A stretch of DNA of 64,000 nucleotides. Origin: Rhodocyclaceae bacterium (GTDB lineage: Bacteria; Pseudomonadota; Gammaproteobacteria; Burkholderiales; Rhodocyclaceae). The DNA lies in contig JBKBMG010000004.1 in NCBI GenBank assembly GCA_046295975.1, positions 69,403-133,402 of the forward strand. Reading direction: 5' to 3'. Positions 58,819-64,000 of this stretch are shown piece by piece. Positions within the stretch are counted from its first letter, which is position 1, and each line of letters opens with the position of its first letter. Below the pieces are notes generated by a model. The model made no database searches, had not been told where the DNA came from, and saw only the letters and a program-made list of their open reading frames with translations. The translations under genes and the position numbers were made by a program.

Positions 58819-60243
58819 TTAGTTGTTGCCTGAAGTTATCTTGGACAGATTCGTCAGTTGCTGCTGCAAGTAGTTGCTCGTCTGCTGCATGCTGCCGAGC
58901 ATGCTGTCGAGCGCGGTGAATTGTGCGCGATATCGTTTTTCGATCATCTCAAGGCGTATGCCAAGGCTCTCGCGCTGCGCGTCCAGTGACTTGATCGAAC
59001 GATTGATGCCGTCGGAGCGGGAATCAAGTATCCCGCCGGTGCCGAGTATGCCGTCGAGCACGCCGGAGAGCGTATGGGCGAGCCCGCTCTTGCCGTCGTC
59101 CCCTGTGAACAAACCGGCGACGTTCTTTTCTGGATCGTTGAGCGCCGTATCAAGCTTGCTGGCGTTGATGCTTAATGAGCCGTCACGATTGAAGGAAATG
59201 CCGATCTCGGACAGGCTCTGAACGCCGTCGGGGTTGGAGAACACACCGCCTATGGTGTTACGCAACTGAGACTGGATGCTACGCAGCGACGAGTCGCCAT
59301 TCAGCGCACCCGCCTGCTTGGTTTCCTCGTTGTAGTTGCCGAGTTGCCTGGCCGCGGTATTGAACTCGTTGTAGGCCTTGACGAGATTCTCGATGGCCGT
59401 CTTGACCGCGGTCCGGTCGTTGGCAACGGTCAACGTCGTTTTCTTGTCCGGATCCCCCTTTAAAAGGTTGATGGTGACGCCTTCGATGACATCCGATATG
59501 GCGTTACCGCTTCGGGTCAGCGTGACACCGTCGACTCGGATACGGGCATCCTGGGCGGTTTCGATCTCGGTCAGCGAGTTGGTTGCGCCGGTCGAACCAT
59601 CGTAACTGAAGCCGGACAGGCCATCGGTTCCCACGATCTGGAAAGCAGCGTTCTTGCCTTCGCTGTTGCCGGCGATGATCAATTGATCCGTAGTACCGTT
59701 GTTGATGACCTGGGCACGAACCCCGATGTTCGCGCCGTTGATCGCATCGCGGAGGTCCTGCAGGGACGTCTTGCCTGGTTCGAGCGTGACGGACGCACTG
59801 GAGGTCTGGGTGAAGGAGGTGACTGGATTGCCGGGATCGCTATCGTCAACGTCGTAGCGACCGAAATTGAAAGTGAGGGTCCCCGACGATACCGAGGGCG
59901 TGGTCGTTTCGCTTGTGAGTACGCGCTGGCCTTGAGCGATCTGCATCACTTCAAGCGAATAATTACCCTTTGCCGCACCTGTGGTGGCCGTCGCCAGCGC
60001 GAGCGTGCTGTCACCCACTGACGCACGCATCCCCTGAAACGACGAGGGCGTCTTGAGACTGCTCAGCGCCGATTGCAGAGGACTAAGGGCGGACTTCAAC
60101 TGCCCGATACCGGACAGGCGGGCCTGAAAGCTCGCCTCGCGGGCATTGAGCAGGGTGAGCGGACGGGCTTCAAGCGTCATCAACTGGTTGACGATGCCAC
60201 TGATGTCCAGACCCGATCCAACTCCATTCGCGGTGATGGCCAT
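58819..60243 (-). CDS. fliD: Flagellar filament cap protein FliD
   Basis: 474 aa. The N-terminus reads MAITANGVGSGLDISGIVNQLMTLEARPL. The C-terminal coiled region reads RYRAQFTALDSMLGSMQQTSNYL. Confidence 0.93.
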   Translation of the reverse strand: MAITANGVGSGLDISGIVNQLMTLEARPLTLLNAREASFQARLSGIGQLKSALSPLQSALSSLKTPSSFQGMRASVGDSTLALATATTGAAKGNYSLEVMQIAQGQRVLTSETTTPSVSSGTLTFNFGRYDVDDSDPGNPVTSFTQTSSASVTLEPGKTSLQDLRDAINGANIGVRAQVINNGTTDQLIIAGNSEGKNAAFQIVGTDGLSGFSYDGSTGATNSLTEIETAQDARIRVDGVTLTRSGNAISDVIEGVTINLLKGDPDKKTTLTVANDRTAVKTAIENLVKAYNEFNTAARQLGNYNEETKQAGALNGDSSLRSIQSQLRNTIGGVFSNPDGVQSLSEIGISFNRDGSLSINASKLDTALNDPEKNVAGLFTGDDGKSGLAHTLSGVLDGILGTGGILDSRSDGINRSIKSLDAQRESLGIRLEMIEKRYRAQFTALDSMLGSMQQTSNYLQQQLTNLSKITSGNN

Positions 60244-60263
60244 GTGCTACTCCTCAGCGAAAA

Positions 60264-60671
60264 TCAAGCTTCCTGGCGTACCAGCAGACCCTGAAGCCTG
60301 TCCAACGCCTTGGAAATTCTTACCATCTCTTCGGACGGAATCTGTTTGATGACTTCGTCCGTCTCACGATCGACGATCTTGACGATGGTACGGCCGGTAT
60401 CTTCATCGATCGAAAACTGGAGGTCGCGCGTAAAAGCGCCGATTGCGGTTTGAACCTCGTCCATGGCCCGGCGCAGGTCTTCCAGTTCGGGTTGCTCGAC
60501 CGGAGCGACGCGTTCGGTGGACCTGGGTGCGGCGTCCGCGTTCTGGGATGCCGACACACGCAGCGGACCTGCTTCGCCAACGGGGGGAGCCTGCCGGTTC
60601 GAGTTCTGTTGGGCGGACGGTTGCGGCATCGCAACCGGGGGTGTGGGTGGTGCGACGGATGAGATCCCCAT
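60264..60671 (-). CDS. flaG: FlaG protein
   Basis: 135 aa. The C-terminal part LQFSIDEDTGRTIVKIVDRETDEVIKQIPSEEM is the FlaG signature. Confidence 0.88.
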   Translation of the reverse strand: MGISSVAPPTPPVAMPQPSAQQNSNRQAPPVGEAGPLRVSASQNADAAPRSTERVAPVEQPELEDLRRAMDEVQTAIGAFTRDLQFSIDEDTGRTIVKIVDRETDEVIKQIPSEEMVRISKALDRLQGLLVRQEA

Positions 60672-60693
60672 TTTCTCGCTCCTTTAGGCGAAA

Positions 60694-60725
60694 GCGGCGC
60701 GGCGACCACGTGGCCGGCGCGCCGC
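60694..60725 (-). terminator. Stem-loop downstream of fliC (terminator/attenuator before flaG)
   Basis: The 8-bp GC stem 'gcggcgcg' / 'cgcgccgc' encloses a CCACGTGG palindrome. On the minus strand it is followed by TTTCGCC. Confidence 0.5.
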
Positions 60726-60743
60726 AACTTGCATATTACCTGA

Positions 60744-62381
60744 TTAGCGGAGCAGACTCAGCACGTTGTTGGGCAGGGAGTTCGCTTGGGACAGCATTGC
60801 GACGCCTGCCTGCTGCAGGATCTGGGCGCGCGTCAGGTTGGCGGTTTCGGCGGCGAAGTCCGCATCGCGAATCCGCGAACGCGAGGCCGAAAGGTTTTCC
60901 GACGTTGCCTGCAGGTTGCTGATCGTGGTCTCGAAGCGGTTCTGCAGTGCGCCGTAGCGGGCTCGCTGCGCATTGACCGCGGCGAGTGCCGAGTCGACCA
61001 GGGCCAGGGTGCGGTTGGCGGCATCGACCGTACTGACGTCCAGGTTCTCGACGGTCTGGAGCTGTCCGCCAACCGTTCCGGCCGTCGTGAGGATTTCCGT
61101 GGTGGCGGCGGTCAGCGTGAAGGAGCGATCCGAGTCCAGAACGACTTGTCCGGTCACCCACACCCCGTTTGCGGCGGCCCACGCATTGGTGTTGCCCGCG
61201 GCAGTGATGGTGGCGTTTGTACCCGACGCTGTGCTGTCGTCTCCGTCGAGAACAGTCACGTCCTCAAGAATGATGTCGTTGCCGGTGGCGGAATCGTTCA
61301 TGATCCGCAGATCCTTGCCCGCCTCGTTGGTCAGTTGGATGCCATACTGGCCATTGTCGGTTTCAACGATCTTGGCGGTGAAACCTGTCTTACCGGACAC
61401 GTCGTTGAATGCCTGGACAGCCGCGTTGAGCTGTGCCGCCTGATTGACGGCGGAGCCCGACGCCGTGCCGCCTACAGTGAAGGCCACCGTCGTGTAGGCG
61501 TCCGGCGCGACGCCGTCCTCGGTTTCCGTTGCCAGCAAGAAGACGTAGCTCGTATCCTGTTCGAAGCCGGCCGCTCCAGCGTTGGCATCGTCGGCACCGA
61601 GCACGAAGGACGTGATTGCGCTCGCGCGGACGCCTGTTTGAGCCTGATTGATCTTGGCGGCGATCTGTTCGGCGCTGCTGCCCGACTCGTAGGTGATGTC
61701 TTTCGCACCCAGGCTGCTGGTGATCGTAATCGTGTCGCCGGCTGTAATGATCGAGTTGTCGCCATCGGCGCCGAAAGTGGTCAGGTTGGAATCCGCCGTG
61801 CTCCCGACGACAAGGTCACCAACGCCGTTCGGTGTGTTCGAAGAAGTCGCCAGACCGCCGATACGATAGTTGCCGTAGGCGTTGATCTGGAAGTTACCCG
61901 AAGTGGCGGTGATGGTCTGGTTGGCATTCGCGCCGACCTGGAACTGAGCCGACGTGAAGGAGCCGTCGAGCAGCTTCTGGCCGTTGAACTCGGTGTTGGT
62001 CGCGATGCGCTGCAGTTCCTGGGTGAGCTGCTGCACTTCGGCGTTCAACGCAGAGCGGTCACCGGCGGAGTTCGTGGCGTTGGCCGATTGCACGGCCAGT
62101 TCGCGGATTCGCTGAAGGATGTCGCCTGACGACTGCATGGCAGCTTCAGCCGTTTGGGAGAGCGAGATGCCGTCATTGGCGTTACGACGCGCCTGGTCCA
62201 GGCCGCGGATCTGGGCGGTGAAACGTTCGGAGATCGCCAGGCCGGCCGCATCATCCTTTGCGCTGTTGATGCGCAAGCCGGAGGACAGGCGCTGGAGCGA
62301 GGCTTGGAGCGAGTTCGCCGAATTGTTGAGGTTGCGTTGCGCGTTGAGGGATGCGACGTTGGTGTTGATGACTTGTGCCAT
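60744..62381 (-). CDS. fliC: Flagellin (large, 545 aa)
   Basis: Conserved N-terminus [21 protein letters not shown]...[24 protein letters not shown]. Conserved C-terminus ...[32 protein letters not shown]. The central region has two flagellin-IN-like motifs. Confidence 0.96.
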   Translation of the reverse strand: MAQVINTNVASLNAQRNLNNSANSLQASLQRLSSGLRINSAKDDAAGLAISERFTAQIRGLDQARRNANDGISLSQTAEAAMQSSGDILQRIRELAVQSANATNSAGDRSALNAEVQQLTQELQRIATNTEFNGQKLLDGSFTSAQFQVGANANQTITATSGNFQINAYGNYRIGGLATSSNTPNGVGDLVVGSTADSNLTTFGADGDNSIITAGDTITITSSLGAKDITYESGSSAEQIAAKINQAQTGVRASAITSFVLGADDANAGAAGFEQDTSYVFLLATETEDGVAPDAYTTVAFTVGGTASGSAVNQAAQLNAAVQAFNDVSGKTGFTAKIVETDNGQYGIQLTNEAGKDLRIMNDSATGNDIILEDVTVLDGDDSTASGTNATITAAGNTNAWAAANGVWVTGQVVLDSDRSFTLTAATTEILTTAGTVGGQLQTVENLDVSTVDAANRTLALVDSALAAVNAQRARYGALQNRFETTISNLQATSENLSASRSRIRDADFAAETANLTRAQILQQAGVAMLSQANSLPNNVLSLLR

Positions 62382-62468
62382 GATGATCTCCAGGAATCGG
62401 CCGGTTGTTCAGGTGCCAGAACGACCTTTCGGGGGCTGGCAGAGCGTGCTTGTCCGCTCTTGTATCCA

Positions 62469-62495
62469 TTAACGTCCCGGAACCGGAAAACTTTA
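62469..62495 (-). promoter_or_regulatory. Sigma28 (FliA)-type promoter for fliC
   Basis: The minus strand reads TAAAgttt-N11-GACGTTAA, against the consensus TAAA-N15-GCCGATAA (6/8 in the -10 element). It lies about 88 nt upstream of the fliC ATG. Confidence 0.45.
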
Positions 62496-62625
62496 GGTTT
62501 TTCCGGAGGAGCTTCCGATCATCTGTTGGCAAGGTGTGACGAATTCCGCACGGATGTGCTGGGCTGCCCATTTGACCAACGATGGGTCGCCGTTCCGTCC
62601 CGCCCGGCGGCAAGAATGGAACAAC

Positions 62626-62658
62626 GGGTGACCAACTCGTCGAGGAGGGTGGTCACCC
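62626..62658 (-). terminator. Stem-loop downstream of the second flagellin gene
   Basis: The 9-bp stem GGGTGACCA / TGGTCACCC has a 15-nt loop. It begins 26 nt beyond the stop at 62684. Confidence 0.45.
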
Positions 62659-62683
62659 GATGTCGGCAACTTCTACGTGGACT

Positions 62684-64000
62684 TTAGCCTTGCAGCAATT
62701 GCAGCACACGCTGGGGCAACTGGTTGGCCTGGGCGAGCATTGCCGTGCCGGCCTGCTGGAGGATCTGTGCACGAGTCAGGTTGGCCGTTTCGGCTGCGAA
62801 GTCAGCATCCCGTATCCGGGAGCGTGAGGCGGACAGGTTTTCCGACGTGCTCTGCAGGTTCATGATTGCGTTTTCGAAGCGCGACTGCAGTGCGCCGTAG
62901 CGGGCGCGCTGGTTGTTGATTGCGGCCAAGGCGGAGTCGACGATGGCAAGCGTGCGGTTTGCGGCTTCCACAGTGCTGATGTCCATGTCCTTGGCCGTTT
63001 GGAGCTGTCCGCCACTGGTGCCCGCGACGAGGAGAATGTCGTCGTTGGCCGAGGTCAGCGCGAAGGAGCGGTCGGAATCGAGTATGACCTGACCGGTGAT
63101 CCAGACCGAGTCGGCGTTGGTCCACGCGGTGGAGACGCCGTTGGCAGCGAGCGGACCGCCGCCGAGCACCGCGTTGGTGTTGGTTGGGTCACCGTCGAGC
63201 ACGCTCAGGTCTTCCAGGGTGAGATCGTTCCCGGCCTCCGATCCATTGATGATCCGCAGATCCTTGCCGCTTTCACTGGTCAATTGAATGCCGAAGTAGC
63301 CATTGTCGGTTTCGACGATCTTGGCGACAAATCCGGTCCGGCCCGATACATCATTGAATGCCTGAACTGCGGCACTGAGTTGATTGGCGTTGGAGACGGC
63401 CGAGCCCGAGGCGCTGCCTCCGATCGAGAACGCGACGGTGGTGTATGCCGCCGGATCGCCGGTGGGACTGGTATCGGTGGCGAGCAGGAAGGTGTAACTC
63501 GTGGTCTGTTGGAATCCTGCCGCGTTGCTGCCGGCTTCATCCGCGCCGAGAACGAAGGACGTCAGGGCGGACGCACGCACTCCGGTTTCGGCCTGGTTGA
63601 TCTTTGCCGCAATGGACTCGGCGCTCGAACCGGCCGCATAGGTGATGTCCTTGCTGCCGAGACTGCTGGAGAGCGTGATGGTGTCTCCAGCGATGCGGGA
63701 GATGACAGCGTTTGCCGTGGTCAGTTGGGCAGCGGGAACGCTCCCGACGACAAGGTCGCCGATGCCCGTGGGGGTATTGGCGGTTGTCGCCAAGCCACCG
63801 ATCCGGAAGTTCCCGTAGGCGTCCGTCTGGAAGTTGCCGGACGTTGCCGTGATCGTCTGGAAGGCATTGGCGCCGACCTGGAATTGCGCCGATGTGAATG
63901 ACCCGTCAAGCAGCTTCTGACCATTGAACTCGGTGTTGGTGGCGATGCGTTGCAACTCCTGGGTGAGTTGCTGCACTTCGGCGTTCAAGGCCGCGCGGTC
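62684..64000 (-). CDS. fliC: Flagellin paralogue, N-terminus outside the window
   Basis: The frame stays open to the window edge (...[33 protein letters not shown]...). It is colinear with the 545-aa flagellin, including the central domain, and has the same C-terminal motif. Confidence 0.93.
   Translation of the reverse strand, partial: DRAALNAEVQQLTQELQRIATNTEFNGQKLLDGSFTSAQFQVGANAFQTITATSGNFQTDAYGNFRIGGLATTANTPTGIGDLVVGSVPAAQLTTANAVISRIAGDTITLSSSLGSKDITYAAGSSAESIAAKINQAETGVRASALTSFVLGADEAGSNAAGFQQTTSYTFLLATDTSPTGDPAAYTTVAFSIGGSASGSAVSNANQLSAAVQAFNDVSGRTGFVAKIVETDNGYFGIQLTSESGKDLRIINGSEAGNDLTLEDLSVLDGDPTNTNAVLGGGPLAANGVSTAWTNADSVWITGQVILDSDRSFALTSANDDILLVAGTSGGQLQTAKDMDISTVEAANRTLAIVDSALAAINNQRARYGALQSRFENAIMNLQSTSENLSASRSRIRDADFAAETANLTRAQILQQAGTAMLAQANQLPQRVLQLLQG

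Noticed and set aside
60786-62129. 447-aa plus-strand ORF across fliC, and 62999..63901 across the second flagellin
   Set aside because: Both are antisense to unmistakable flagellin genes, and their composition is not protein-like.

Overview
This is a 64-kb, high-GC (about 65-67 % by eye) proteobacterial chromosomal segment. Flagellin, lig and DUF1302-type content suggests a beta-proteobacterium of the Rhodocyclales or Burkholderiales type, but that is only a guess. I support about 58 protein-coding genes and found no rRNA, tRNA, CRISPR array, transposase or integrase.

Gene blocks, in order:
1. AraC-family gene 3' end, followed by a palindromic repeat element.
2. Putative amine-catabolism operon: APC permease, aldehyde dehydrogenase, class-III aminotransferase and an outer-membrane barrel.
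3. pobA/pobR (4-hydroxybenzoate 3-hydroxylase and its regulator).
4. LysR regulator divergent from a complete protocatechuate 4,5-cleavage operon (ligU-J-K-[DUF1932]-I-A-B-C plus an aldo/keto reductase), then a TRAP transporter and an orphan solute-binding protein.
5. vanAB/vanR (vanillate demethylase and its regulator).
6. XylR-type sigma54 activator divergent from an 8-gene operon. The operon encodes an aryl-aldehyde dehydrogenase, DUF1302, DUF1329, a BNR/Ycf48-like propeller, an RND-type transporter, an esterase, a quinone oxidoreductase and an aryl-alcohol dehydrogenase.
7. MarR regulator divergent from ech-vdh-fcs (ferulate to vanillate) plus an amidohydrolase.
8. chrB-chrA-rhodanese, phnA/yjdM, an orphan RHH gene and a low-GC spacer.
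9. Family-5 ABC importer.
10. Flagellar late genes: ycgR, an flhB-C-like gene, fliK, fliT, fliS, fliD, flaG, fliC and a second tandem flagellin.

Most noteworthy observations:
- The uncharacterised DUF1302/DUF1329/BNR/RND envelope module is wired into a sigma54-controlled aromatic operon.
- The vanillin dehydrogenase gene carries a perfect 135-bp in-frame tandem duplication.
- An unassigned DUF1932 oxidoreductase is translationally coupled inside the lig operon.
- There are several unexplained non-coding elements: an orphan terminator, a 16-bp perfect hairpin, a MITE-like palindrome and a low-GC spacer.

All functional calls rest on my recognition of translated sequence and motifs. No database search was run.
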